From assembly GCF_006345805.1 (NCBI RefSeq), contig NC_042998.1:84878001-84942000 (forward strand): 64,000 nt of DNA, given 5' to 3'. Source of the stretch: Octopus sinensis (lineage: Eukaryota). The translations under genes and the position numbers were made by a program. A model generated the notes under the pieces. It had not been told where the DNA came from. It saw nothing but the letters and a program-made list of their open reading frames with translations, and ran no database searches. Positions 25,384 through 38,235 of the stretch are shown here, one piece after another. How positions within the stretch are numbered: the stretch's first letter is position 1; each line of letters opens with the position of its first letter.

Positions 25384-25962
25384 CAGCACGTAGCCAGCCG
25401 GTTGCAACTGGGGGTGCTATCTTGATAGCGAGGGTTGCTGAACTGGGGTACGGACAAAAGCTCCTACTTAAAGTGTGAAAGTGGACAAAAGTCCCATGCT
25501 TATATTTTCGGTTATTTAAAAAAAATTTTTTTTCACATTTCTTGACGCCTAACCTGGGCAAAACTTCTGATATATTTCGTTTTTATTTTCATTTTACTTG
25601 TTGCAATCATTAAACTGAGGCCATGCTGGGGCATCACCACGAAGAATTTTTAGTCGAATGTATCGACTCCAATATTTTTAAAAAGGATTTTCAAAAAGCA
25701 CATACTTAAGCCTAAAAGGTACAACGAACACTCTGACCAGCTGTAATTTACCCACATTTTCATATCATTAACTACTAAATCAAAAGAAATTCAATTTATT
25801 GCATCTTTAGCGACTTTAGATATTGCTTATGAGAATAAAGAAGGTGGCGACAATGTATTATTTCAAAAGTGGATAAAACAAATTCTCATACTGGGGTGGA
25901 GGGGCTGAGATTCTAACTGGGGGTGCTGAGCACCCCATAACACCCCCGTAGCTACGTGCCTG
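25384..25962. mobile_element. Non-autonomous hAT-type MITE
   Basis: Short TIRs CAG(G)CACGTAGC / GCTACGTGCCTG; perfect 8-bp TSD TGCATTAC at 25376-25383 and 25963-25970. Confidence 0.85.
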
Positions 25963-26177
25963 TGCATTACACCACACTACAGCCCTCCTAGAGTTCTCTG
26001 AGTTAACATTCCCATTCAATTTGCTATACTTCTACCAAATATTTTACCTGCAAAGCTATCTTTTCGACCTGGTGAGCAAAACTTTACCAGCAAACCAGTC
26101 TCAGCGTTATTGCAACTCCAACTGTCATTGCTGTCTCCCTCTACGTCCCTTCGGTCAAACGTCAAAATTGTTGATAT

Positions 26178-26255
26178 TATTATTCATTATATATTTGTAT
26201 GTATGTATGTATGTATGTATGTATGTATGTATGTATGTATGTATGTATGTATGTA

Positions 26256-26297
<42 letters not shown>

Positions 26298-26442
26298 GAT
26301 ATATACACAATGACTACTGAAAAGGTTGCAAGATGCAACGAAAATTTTAGTAAAAATAAGTAAATGAGTGGAAATCGGACCGGTGAGCGTGTTAAATTAA
26401 TAATGCACTGAAAGAGAATGACTCTCCTCAGACACAATAAAA
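26178..26442 (+). repeat. Direct repeat copy 1 (partner at 29138-29358), containing a hammerhead-like motif at 26313-26351
   Basis: Nearly identical unique sequence and microsatellite order in both copies. Confidence 0.9.
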
Positions 26443-26680
26443 AAGCTGTTCGATTCACTTCAACATTTAAATTTAATTTGACAAAATATTTTCGTCGCTA
26501 TAATCGTGGACCTCGCTATAATTTTCGTGCACCACGGATTTTTGCCAGTGAACAGGTCGCGGTCTTATAGCGACGAAAATATTTTGACAAATTAATCTTA
26601 AATGTTGAAGTGAATCGAACGGCTTTTGTGTGTTTCTTAAATGGCTTACAAACACCTTCCACGCTGCAATTGTTTTGTAT
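26443..26680. mobile_element. Penelope-like fold-back element, same family as 4081-4397
   Basis: Inverted arms; GUGAACA-core hammerhead-like motif at 26542-26590(+). Confidence 0.7.
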
Positions 26681-27093
26681 GTATATTGAATTGCCACTAA
26701 TATTATTATTCCCTTTTACTCTTTTACTTGTTTCAGTCATTTGACTGTGGCCATGCTGGAGCACGGCCTCTAGTCGAGCAAATCGACCCCAGGACTTATT
26801 CTTTGTAAGCCTAGTACTTATTCTATCGGTCTCTTTTGCCGAACCGCTAATTTATGGGGACGTAAACACACTCATTGTTTATCAAGCAATATTGGGGGGA
26901 CAAACACAGACACATAAACACACACAGACACACACTCACACATACATATATACGACGGGCTTCTTTCAGTTTCCGTCTACCAAATCCACTAACAAGACTT
27001 TGGTCGGCCCGACGCTATAGTAGAAGACACTTGCCCATGGTTTCACGCAGTGGGACTGAACCCGGAACTATGTGGTTCGTAAGCAAGCTACTT

Positions 27094-29101
27094 TATTTCA
27101 AAAATTTGCCACTAGGGCAGTATACAGAGTAGCTGCGGGCTGGACAAAAACATTAATGAATGATGGTGATGGATGAAGATGGTGATGGGAGAAGACGAAA
27201 GCGCCCGCCGACTTTCGCTTCTCTAAAACATTGTTCAAAATTTTTCAACAAATTCAATAATTTACAAATTTTAAAAAAGGCAATAAACCTCTTTTTCAAT
27301 ATGATATGAAATGTTCAATGGGCCTATGTAACCCGGCCGACCATCGCTCTTGCCTCACCGAGGCAATACTCGCTGGTCAGGTCGAGGTCCACAGGTATAA
27401 TTTGGAATGAGTCCATCGGGAAGGAACCCACGATCCTGCCTAGACCACCTCTCCCTACGACCTCCGCAGTCAGCTGCGAAGGCCACTCGGGGTCCTCCGT
27501 GCAGGACCGGAGTCCCTCCCAATGTCCTCTCTTTCTCATTTTGCGTACGGTGTTCTCCACCGTTCCTCCTTTGAAAAAGAGGAGCACAAATTCTTCCACA
27601 AATTGTCCCTCAGGCGGCACACCCGCCTGAGAAGACCCGAGAGATGCCGTCTGCGTATCACAATCCGCCGGCGGCGTTCCATTTCTCCTTTTTTTCTTTT
27701 TTTTGCCTTGGGCCACGAGAGGTTGAGGTTCCGGAGCTGCACGCACCGGGTTCTCTTCTCCCGCAGTTTCCAGGTCCTTTGGTGGGTCGCCATTGCTCCC
27801 CACCTTTCTTTTTCTTTTGGAGGAAGTCTTTTCTTTCTCATTCTGTTTCTCTCCCTCCATTGGGGAGGCAGAGAGAGGCTCCGATATCAACTGCTCCAGG
27901 ATCCTACTCTGGTCCCTGGGGCAGTTCTTCTTAATGTGGCCGGTTTCCAGACACAGGTGACACTGGGGGGGGGCGTCCCTCAAGCATCACCAGATACTTG
28001 GACCCGGCCATCCTCAAAAAGTCCGGTAAAACCAGACTTTTAGCTGACTGGGTCCATAGGGTCAAGGTAGCCTTTGACCCCTCCCAATCAGCCGCAGGCT
28101 GTATCCTTACGTTTAGGATCTTGGCGCTACTACCACCCAGACCCCGGCGGATAGAATCCTCTATCCACTCGGGTTCAATGCCGGATGGCAGGCTGCAGAT
28201 CCATGCTCTTATTAATTTTTCTCCCTTGTAGCTAGGGAGAAACAAAATCTCTTTGCCCTCAATGGGCTTGCTTGCGAAGTCGCAAGCTGCTTTAGGGGAG
28301 TCAAACAGCAACCAAACCGTTGCGTATTTGGCTCCCCGTGCAATGTATTTCACGGCTGGCATATAGTCTGCCAGCTCGTCAATGATGGTTGCCTTCGGAA
28401 AGACAGCGATGGTGTTGAGCGACTTTGAATAAGTCCTCAGCACCACGGTCTTGTCCTCCAGCTGCTTCAAATATTTTTTGGGAGGTTCTAGCTCCCACAC
28501 AATGAGTTTCTTTGCCATTTTGCAACAGAACGCAATAAAAAGTTTAACAGGAGCAAAACAAATGTGATAGAAAGAGTGAGAAGAGAAAACACAATAGAAG
28601 CGAAGAATTACAATAAAAATACAGTTCAGAGAGTTTTCAAATAAAAGATAGCTAGAAGGAAGAGAGTTCAAATTTGGCAAAGAAATTAATATTTTTTTTT
28701 TGGCCGAAAAGGTAAGCGTCGACAGCAATCCTTGGTTATTCTTGGTAATTCCAAAAAACGGTCCTCGAATATCCCTGGTGCCTCCTGGTAATCCAATTTG
28801 AATCAATATTTTGAGGAGGGGCTACGCCTCCTCAAAAAACACAATTCCCACTGCAAAGTGAGTCCTTAGACCCGACAACAGGCAGGAAAAAATACCTGGA
28901 GCAAAGTGAAGTCTATTATCTGCTAAAAATATTAATGCTAAATAACATTAAATGTTAAAAACATTAAATGTAAGCAATAAACCTCACTAAGCTCCTAAAA
29001 ATATAAAACGCCTACCTATCGTCGAGTCAAAAAGTTCAATATTTCACGTGGCAACACGTGACATTTGGAGCAGCAAAAAAACACGTCCGAACAAGTCGAT
29101 G
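27094..29101 (-). mobile_element. ORF1-only non-LTR retroelement (L1/Tx1-like derivative)
   Basis: TSD AAGCTACTT (extends to ~15 bp with one indel); DPE-like GGACGTG near the 5' end (29082-29088); ORF1; ~230-bp 3'UTR ending in AATAAA; no ORF2. Confidence 0.75.
27324..28518 (-). CDS. Gag-like ORF1 protein (~397 aa if one extra base in the G9 run at 27965-27973 is removed); CCHC zinc knuckle, probable RRM-like region, basic C-terminal half
   Basis: Overlapping ORFs 27931-28806 and 27324-27983 join as ...YLVMLEGRPPQCHLCLETGHIKKNCP (CX2CX4HX4C); lysine-rich KRKRK and KKKKKRR tracts. Confidence 0.75.
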
Positions 29102-29137
29102 GTAAGAAGCTACTTACCACACAGCCACTCCTGCGCC

Positions 29138-29175
29138 TATTATTCATTATATATTTGTATGTATATATGTATGTA

Positions 29176-29213
<38 letters not shown>

Positions 29214-29358
29214 GATATATACATAATGACTACTGAAAAGGTTGCAAGATGCAACGAAAATTTTAGTAAAAATAAGTAAATGAGTGGAAATCGGACCGGT
29301 GAGCGTGTTAAATTAATAATGCACTGAAAGAGAATGACTCTCTTCAGACACAATAAAA
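29138..29358 (+). repeat. Direct repeat copy 2 (hammerhead-like motif at 29229-29267)
   Basis: Matches 26178-26442. Confidence 0.9.
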
Positions 29359-29662
29359 TACACTTCAACACATGAATTCACACAAAGAATCTTGCAAACC
29401 AAATACAATAACGAAATATATATATATCGTCAATGTATCATATATCCGAAGAAGAAGCACACTCTAAAACATAGAGCAGTAATATATTTATATGCAGTTA
29501 AGTCTATGTCCGGTCATAGAATGACCAACGGTTTTGCATCCATAAAGCGCTTAGCCTCATGGACGACTCGTCAGATTCTAAAGCCGAAGTCCATATAGTT
29601 CTTCAAGCCTCTACCTCCGAGAGTTGAAGAATCATATGACCTTCGGACCGTGCTATGCGAGG

Positions 29663-30708
29663 TGACGAGAATGGCTTTTTAGTACATCACACGGTTGATA
29701 CAATAAATATTATTGAATAATACATATAAGTGCCAGAGAGAAAAAGGAGACAACTGCATAGAATGGCTAAAAGAAGATTTATTGATACGTTAACATGTGT
29801 GCCTGTGTGCGCATCATGTGTACAGAATAATAAATAGACAGGCCGTCATGAGAACAAAGCGTATGTGTGTGCGTAAGCACAGATGCATGCGCATGTGTTA
29901 ATTACATATAAGAATAACAATGAAGCAGACAGTGAAAGAGTCTATATCCATTGAAGTGAGAAGTGAGTTCATAGACACAGGTAAGATAAATAATATCAGT
30001 TCATTATCATTAGTACACGGTAGTTGGAATACTGTATCAAGAAGTCGTGACCATGATGCTGAACCGGTTGCAGGTACATGTCGTATGTGAAGTCGTGGCT
30101 GTGATGTTGCTACCTGGGTCACTTGATACAGGATTTCTTGCAGGTTGTATATTCACTGTTGATCCATGGTGAAGTTATTCACGAATAGAGGAGTGTTGGA
30201 ACTTAGGTGAGTTGCCTGTTGAGCTGTGTACGTAGAGAGATGGTGTTGACGACGTTGAGAAGATGATGGTGGCGACGAAGAAAGAGACTGGCGTAATGCT
30301 GTTGGACGAAGTTGGTAAGTCTCAATGTGGCTGCTGTTGTAGTGATGGTGTCGTCGTCGTCTGGCATTGTCGTTGGAACTGGTTGTGTCTTTGTGGTCAG
30401 TGGCTAGGCCTTAAAAGGTCTGGAACCAAAAGACTTCGAAAAGAGGAGAAGGTGAGTTTTTATAAGGAACAATAGGTTCAAACGGGGTTGTGAACAAGTT
30501 GTCCCACGTGATCTCAGTTATACGTAGCAGTTGGCGCAATCGAGTAAGAGACAAATTACGCCAATACCAACCAATCAGAGTAGTGGACACAACGGGATTC
30601 AAATAGCGGCTAAAGGCTAACTGTTACCCGCTACGTTCGAATGCACGTATATATAATAAAGAGGAGAGAGGAATTTCATTCACGTGTACGCTATAGCTAT
30701 CCCCTCAC
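29663..30708 (-). mobile_element. LTR-like unit 1 (non-coding, ~1 kb)
   Basis: Colinear diverged homology to 30888-31888; conserved minus-strand TATAAAA then AATAAA; no TSD found. Confidence 0.45.
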
Positions 30709-30887
30709 CAGTCATTTTGCGGAGTGACCGAGCGATGGTATTTATAAGTGACCGAGCGATGGTATTTAGACGGAATCACCACTTTGTAAATGGCCGAGGT
30801 GCGTGTTCTAAGTCGGGTCGCTACTTTGTAAATGGCTGAGGTGCGTGATCACGTCGGGGTCATCACTTTGTAGGTAGGACCGTGCGA

Positions 30888-31888
30888 TGTGACAAGAATG
30901 GCTCTGTAGAACGACCGTGCGAAGGAGAGGTGACGAATGAATGACTCCTTTAATACACCGCACGGTCGCGTACAATAAAAGCAAAAATAGATAAATGAGT
31001 ACAAGTGCCAGAAGGAAAGGAAGACGACAAAACCGATAGAAGGTTAAGAGAAAGATTTTATTTAGGTGTTTAGCAGAGTGTGTCTGTGTGCGCATCATAA
31101 GTACATATATAATAATAACAATTATAGACAAGCCGCCATGCATACATAATGTGTATGTGTGTACAAACAAGGGTGTATGCGTGTGAGATAAAATACAGAG
31201 CATAGAAAGAGTTTATAACAGGACGCTAGAAGTCCACACATAAGGATGAAAAATACCAGTTCGTAGTGAGGTACACAATAGTTGAAGAGCTGTAACAAGA
31301 CTTTGTGGCGTAAAAGCAGAGCCGGTTACTGTATGTGTCGTGTAAGAGGTTGTGGCTACTATGCCGCTGCCGATTACTTGATACAGGAAGATTTCGCAGG
31401 TAGTACTTTCAGTTAACCACGGTGAAGGAATTCACAAACAGTGAGGAGTTAAATCTGAGCGAATGTTGCTGTGTACGTAGAGATGTTGTTGGCGCCGTTA
31501 AGAAGACGGAGGCGATGAAGATGGAGGTCCTGAATGCTGCCGGTGCTGTCTGTCGCTGAAACTGGCTGTGTACTTTGTGGTCAGACCTTTGAAGGTCTAG
31601 AACCAAAGACGAAATACGGTTTGTTGTGACTAGCTTTTATAGGGACTAGGAGGCTCCAACGAAGATTTAGAAGACTGTGTCACGGGACCTTATCAGAAGG
31701 CTGAGATTGGTTGGGTTGCACATTGGCGCGTAATAGAGCAAGAGACAAATTGCGCCAATACCAACGAATCAGAGTATTGGACACAACAGGGTCTAAACGG
31801 CCGAAGACTAGCTGTTATCTGCTACGTCCGTATTTATGTTATATATAACAGAAAGAATTTCACTAAGCGTACGCTACAGCTCTTTACA
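30888..31888 (-). mobile_element. LTR-like unit 2 (non-coding, ~1 kb)
   Basis: Minus strand starts TGTAAAG and ends TCACA; TATAAAA at 31635-31641, AATAAA at 31057-31062. Confidence 0.5.
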
Positions 31889-31902
31889 ATATACTTAACT
31901 GC

Positions 31903-31904
<2 letters not shown>

Positions 31905-31933
<29 letters not shown>

Positions 31934-32047
31934 TGTATGTATGTATGTATGTATGTATGTATGTATGTATGTATGTATGTATGTATGTATGTATGTATGT
32001 ATGTATGTATGTATGTATGTATGTATGTATGTATGTATGTATGTATG

Positions 32048-32075
<28 letters not shown>
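31905..32075. repeat. Long pure (TATG)n microsatellite
   Basis: Direct reading. Confidence 0.97.
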
Positions 32076-32080
<5 letters not shown>

Positions 32081-33632
32081 TTGTTGGGTGATGCCATTCA
32101 ATCGATTTAATCAACAGAGTATTTGATATTTTAACAGTCTCGAAAGGAATAAAGCAAACTGATCGAGGCTGGGTTTGAACTCAGAACATGAACAGCTGGA
32201 ACTAACACCACGCGGAATTTTATCCGACGCTCTAACGATTACAGTAATCCATTGCCCTTAGATCGGAAGTGGTAATGTGTAGATGTGTTCAACCGTAAAT
32301 CATACTTGCTACTGCATAGATATTATAATAAATGGTTTTTTAAGTAGTTATACACTCTTAAGTAAAAACTGTTAAAGTGTCTTTCCTTTAAGTTACACAG
32401 TGTTGTGTTCACAGTAACGAAATTGTTTCCATCAAAATAATACTGAATAGGAAAACGTTGCAAAAATAGCCTTGAATACAACACGGCCTTTTCTTTTTAG
32501 TTGACTGCAACCGTGAAGAAGGAAGTGAGGTTGTAATTTATATTTTTGAGAACCGTAGATGGCGCAGTTAATACACTATTTAAAGCGGTTGGTTGTATAT
32601 TGATTGCTTGTGTACATTTGTAGTCTTTACTTAGTAGATGGACAAGGCACGTAACTCTCAAATGATTGGTATGTAAATTGCCGTTTTCATTGATTTTAGT
32701 CCCCCAAATGAATCTTGAGAAACTTGGTTAGGCAAAACAAGACTTCTTTCAGGCAATGAGAAAAGTAAGGGATTCTTTAAAAATTCAGGGGAGGATGTTG
32801 TGTTTCAGAGAGTGAACCCGACAGAGTCACGGGATCCTTCATAGTTTTCGGGGCATCGAACCGACATTCCAACTGAACCCTATTCTTATAATCCCAGATT
32901 CCGAGTTAGACCTGGTAGAATAGATCTATGATTAAAGCCGTTGCGTCTGTCTGCTTCCGTCTTTCATTTAAACTATATCCAATGTGTCTTTTATTTAAGA
33001 AAGAAGAATGCAATTTGGTGGAAATTTGGCTGCTATTTCTAGCAGTTAGTGCACCGTCTTAGAAGAAATCCATCAACAGTTCGTAGGTACCCTAACAGAC
33101 GGAACGTCATGTGATATTCATGGTGAAACAAAACAGGGAACACAATTTCGATAAAGGATTGAAACTTGATTGTTTTACTTGACATAATTTTTAGAGATTA
33201 ACACTGTTTTGTAATATTTATTGTTCTGAATTTTTAATGCGGCTGATTCCTACTAAATTACTTTTTGTTTTACTTTTGCTCTTTTTTTTTTTTTTTTACC
33301 ATTATCAACATAGACGTCGATACACATTTGCTTATCTTCTACGATAGGAAAATTGTTTCAACGTTGTCATATGAATAAAGTCAAAAGAAAAATAATGTAA
33401 ACACTACAACCAGTTAGATACGTAGAAAATAAGTGAAGATTCCTTCTTTTACAAATTTCTGATCAAAAATTGATGATATAACGACCGTTAAACAATTGGT
33501 GTCGACGAAGGCCCGTCAAGGCAACTGAGCAGAGCCCGGCGCTGTGCTGTCGTAACACATAGAATGGTTGGCAGTAGTCTTATTCGGGCGCCTGTAGCTG
33601 GTGGGTGGTCAACAGTGGCGGTTGTGATCTGA

Positions 33633-33869
33633 GTCGCAAGGCGGCGAGCTGGCAGAGTCGTTAACACGTCGAGCGAAATGCGTAGCCCTATTTCGTCTGC
33701 CGCTACGTTCTGAGTTCAAATTCCGCCGAGGTCGACTTAGCCTTTCATCCTTTCGGGGTCGATTAAATAAGTACCAGTTACGCACTGGGTTGATATAATC
33801 GACTTAATCCGTTTGTCTGTCCTTGTTTGTCCCCTCTATGTTTAGCCCCTTGTGGGCAGTAAAGAAATA
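33633..33869 (+). mobile_element. SINE family B, complete copy with 13-bp TSD
   Basis: GGTTGTGATCTGA at 33620-33632 and 33870-33882; tRNA-like head ggcggcgagctggcag...gagttcaaattcc. Confidence 0.92.
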
Positions 33870-34094
33870 GGTTGTGATCTGAACACTGGTGTATCGCATG
33901 AATAATCACAGGACAATTAAAGCGAAAAGAACATAGTGTTGATTACTAGAACAATATCCGGCAGCAAACCGCCCGGTAGATGGCCAGTGTCTGGTGATTT
34001 CCTCTGTATTTAAATATTTCCTTTTTTAAAGAATCGTTTTATTTGACTCGATATTCTATGTAAAGAAGCTTGATATGAAATGGTATCATTGTCT

Positions 34095-34335
34095 TTTACC
34101 TTCTATTTGCTTCATTCGCTGGACTGTGACCATGCTGGGGCACTGCTTTGAACGATTTGGTCGAAGAAATCGTCCCCAGAATTAATTTTTTTTTTACTTA
34201 AAGCTCATTCTATCGGTTTCTTTTGACGAACCGCTATGTTACGGAGATATAAACACACCAACACCGGTTTTCAAGCAGTGGTGGGGGATGCACACAAACC
34301 AAAGACACACATAGATATATAAACACATACACGCG

Positions 34336-34374
<39 letters not shown>

Positions 34375-34560
34375 ACATACACACCACACACACACACACA
34401 CACACACAACGGGCGTCTTCAGTTTCCGTCTACCAAATCCATTCACAGGGCTTTGGTCGGCTCGAGGTTGTAGCAGAGGACACTTGCTCTAGGTGCCACA
34501 CAGTGGCACTGAACACGTAACAGTTGGTGGAGCGAACTTCTTATAACACAGCTATGCCTA
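34095..34560 (-). mobile_element. SINE family A, diverged copy with internal (CA)n
   Basis: Colinear with 15112-15514. Confidence 0.8.
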
Positions 34561-35428
34561 GAGATTTTTAGAGAAGGAGAGAGATGTACCAGCACTAGAA
34601 GAGTGGAGTAATGTAAAATGAAGTGCCTTACTTAAGGACATAACACGCCAACTAATCCAGAAATTGAATACCTGAAACATATATAATATAGATAAATCTA
34701 CAGTTATTTATTTCAAAGCCTTAGTTATGTGGATTTCCATAACTGTCCTTATGCATAAAACATTTTTTCTTTTTGTTTGGGTCTTTAGAAACATCGCCAG
34801 GAAACGATTTCAAATTTAAACACGAGCAAAAGGTTTCTCCTCAACTCCTTATTAATAGGCCTTGGTTAACTTATTTTCCTTAATCTGACTTACTTCTCGA
34901 TAACATCTTCGTCAATTGGAGTAAAATGAACAATCAGCGTAATACCGTGAGAATATGTTTACGAGAAATGTGAAAAAAGACATTCCCAAGGCTATTAACA
35001 CGTCTGTTTGTGTCACATGTCTAAAATATAATTTTATTGAGACATTAAGTTTGTTGTAAAGTTTCGATGTTAATTATTATAGATAATATATTATATGCAT
35101 TGTTAGTCTTTTGGTATTTATAGAAGGGAAAATTATATCTGTTCGCTACACTATGTCACTACTGTGTTAATTTGAAGTATAGTAGTTCACAGCAGTACAT
35201 GAAATGAGTTTGAAACTTTATTCTAATAGAAGTTTCTTTTAGACAGTCTACGGGCTATGCCATACCATGCATTTAGACAGTCTACGGGCTATGCCATACC
35301 ATGCATTATCTGGTAAATGATGAAACCTTTATTTGTGAAATAAACTGAAGAAAAACTCCCTAACACCTGTATGTTCTATGGTTCAGCTAGAAATGTACAC
35401 CGTATCTAAGTTACAATGACTAAAGCTG

Positions 35429-35797
35429 TATTACCTCCGCCTAAGCGAAGGCGGAGGTATTGTTTTCAGTCGTGTTTGTTTGTTTGACCGTGGACAAGAT
35501 ATCTCAAGAACGGCCGGATGGATTCGTATGAAAATTTCAGGAACGTTTGGCCTCGTGTCTGGCACAAACTGATTAGATTTAGGGATCGATCCGGTACCGG
35601 ACAAGGATTCTGGATTATTTTTCCGGTTTTTCCCCCTTAATTTTTGAGAGCGGTTGTGTCCTTTTGTAGTGTTCTCGTTTGTAAGAGAGGTCGAATTTAT
35701 TTCAGATATTCTTATTTTAAAAATCCCCTCTGGTTAATCGTTGAGAGTACGTTGATATTGCTTAAGCGGAAGTTTGCGCCATCTGAGTGCTCTTGTT
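35429..35797 (+). mobile_element. Non-autonomous Helentron-type element (HINE/DINE-1-like)
   Basis: 5' TATTACCTCCGCC...GGCGGAGGT hairpin, (TTTG)n, and 3' GCGGAAGTTTGCGC...GAGTGCTCTTGTT, matching the known end architecture of this group. Confidence 0.65.
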
Positions 35798-35937
35798 CAA
35801 TTTTTATGATGATAGTGAATATTACTCAACGGAATTATTTAGCTATTGTATCACAATAGCAATGCAATATAGATGTGTGTGTGTATGGGACATGTGTGTA
35901 CATACGTGTAGTTATATGCGCGCGCACCTGTGTGCAT

Positions 35938-36116
35938 AGGCGCAGGCATGGCTCTGTGGTTAGAAGTTTGCTTCCTAACCATATGATTCCGGGTTCAGTC
36001 CCACTGCCTGGTACCTTGGGCAAGTATCATCTACGATGAATCCAGGCTGATCAAAGCCTTGTGAGTGGATTTGGTGGACGGAAACTGAAAGAAGCCGTCA
36101 TATATGTGTATGTGCA

Positions 36117-36147
<31 letters not shown>

Positions 36148-36652
36148 ATGTGTGTGTGCGTATGCGCGCGCAAGATTCAATCAATGCCATAATACAACTC
36201 AAATAAAACAGTGGCTGTGTAGTAAGTAGCTTGCTTACCAACCACATGGTTCCAGGTTCAGTTCCACCGAGTAGCACCTTGGGTAAGTCTCTTCTACTAT
36301 AGCCTCGTGCCGACCAAAGCCTTGTGAGTGGATTTGGTGGACGGAAGCTGAAAGAAGCCCGTCATATATGTGTATGTGCATGCGTGCGTGCGTGCATGTG
36401 TGTGTGCGTATGCGCGCGCAAGATTCAATCAATTCCATGTGTGTGTCTGTGTGGGTGTGTGTTTGCGTGTGTGTGTTTGTCCCCCAACATTGCTTGACAA
36501 CTGATGCTGGTGTGTTTACGTCCCCGTAACTTAGCGGTTCGGCAAAAGAGACCGATAGAATAAATACTAGGCTTACAAAGAATAAGTCCTGGGGTCGATT
36601 TGCTTGACAAAAGGCGTGGCCACAGTCAAATGACTGAAACAAGTAAAAGAGT
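35938..36652 (+). mobile_element. SINE family A with a duplicated 5' half (~260-bp spacing)
   Basis: aaagccttgtgagtggatttgg...gcgcgcgcaagattcaatcaat occurs at ~36054-36184 and ~36316-36433. Confidence 0.85.
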
Positions 36653-36927
36653 AATCCATAAACAATGAAATAAATAACCTCCACAATACGTGCTCTACAA
36701 GCAGGATGCTCAACAGAAGGCAACAACTCGCATTACAACCGCAACACACAATACAAACACTGATACAACGAAAGACTGAATCCAAATCCTAAAGCAAAAC
36801 AAACTGATGCAATACAGTGCTGGGAAGAGTTTGTACTTTCCCAAACCAAAACAAAAAAAAAAAGAAAATAAAACAAAACAAAATCACAGTACAATGCTGA
36901 ACACACATCAGCAACACGGAGCTCTTG

Positions 36928-36942
36928 CAGTAATAATAGTAA

Positions 36943-37011
<69 letters not shown>

Positions 37012-37037
37012 CATTATTATTATTATTATTATTATTA

Positions 37038-37112
<75 letters not shown>

Positions 37113-37137
37113 CCATCATTATTACTATTATTATTAT
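36928..37137. repeat. (ATT)n/(ATC)n microsatellite
   Basis: Direct reading. Confidence 0.95.
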
Positions 37138-37662
37138 ATGCCATGAAAGTGACACTGGGGTAAAATATACGAAGCCCAATATACCCATCATGACTACCCG
37201 TCTGATAAGGGTACACTAGGCACATGCATCACAACCATATGTGCACGACATGGTGATCTCATGTCAAGATAAACAGCACATGAGCTTGCAGGTGGGGCCC
37301 AGTTAGAATTTTCTTCTGGTCGAGTAACCCATCCTGCTCAAAAGGTCCCTGAATAAGGGTTGTTTAAGGATGTTGAACGAAACACCCATGTTTCTAGGGG
37401 TGAATTGTTCAGACCCCAAATAATCCCACTCAACACATGGCTATGATGCTCCCCCACTACTTCTGCTCGTGATCAGAGATGCACACATCGTCAGCCACTA
37501 AGGGACATGGTCAACTGGTTAAGGTCAAGCAACTGACAAGCAAATCTGTGGTATTGAGCAGAATATTTGCTGTAGCCCATCTTTTATACCAAGACAAAAC
37601 AATGTACATGATAACACTTCCAATCAGTTAAGATCAGAAGCCACGAGAGCTGCCTGGTTCTG

Positions 37663-37666
<4 letters not shown>
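37138..37666. mobile_element. ~550-bp microsatellite-associated element, copy 2
   Basis: Matches 63050-63598 (reverse complement); flanked by (ATT)n and (ATC)n. Confidence 0.88.
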
Positions 37667-37697
<31 letters not shown>

Positions 37698-37814
37698 CCA
37701 CCTCAGCTGAGTGGATTGGAGCTACGTGGAATAAAGTGTCTTGTTCAAAATCACAGCGCAACGCCCGGTCCAGGAATCGAAACCACGAGTCCAACACCTA
37801 AACCATTAAACCAC

Positions 37815-37885
<71 letters not shown>

Positions 37886-38028
37886 CACACACATAAAACT
37901 GATATGCGATATTCGTGTCTTTCTCTTGAATACTAACGATGTAATTGAAATTGTTGTAACCGGAAGTCGAAACAGGTATCTCGCCAAGAACTCGTATTTG
38001 TTCTGTTACGATAGTCAATAATTACTAA

Positions 38029-38235
38029 TGGCGGCGAGCTGGCAGAATCGTTAGCGGTTGGACAAAAAATGCTTAGCGGTATTTCGGCTCTCCTTATGTT
38101 CTGAATTCAAATTCCGCTGAGGTCGACTTCGCCTTTTATCCTCTCGGGGTCAATAAAAGAAATACCAGTTGCGTTCTGGGTCGGTCTAATCGATTTACCC
38201 CCTCCCCTGAAAGTGCCGACATTGTGCCGAAACTA
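38029..38235 (+). mobile_element. SINE family B, diverged
   Basis: ggcggcgagctggcagaatcgttag head and conserved core. Confidence 0.8.

Larger units (their letters stand above)
26714..29138 (-). mobile_element. SINE family A copy split by a 2-kb insertion (pieces 26714-27093 and 29102-29138)
   Basis: The two pieces rejoin to the family A sequence at gtaagcaagctactt. Confidence 0.88.

Noticed and set aside
27931-28806. N-terminal ~96 aa of the listed 291-aa ORF
   Set aside because: Low-complexity F/L/S-rich translation of the 5'UTR; the plausible start is MAKKLIVWE at 28518.
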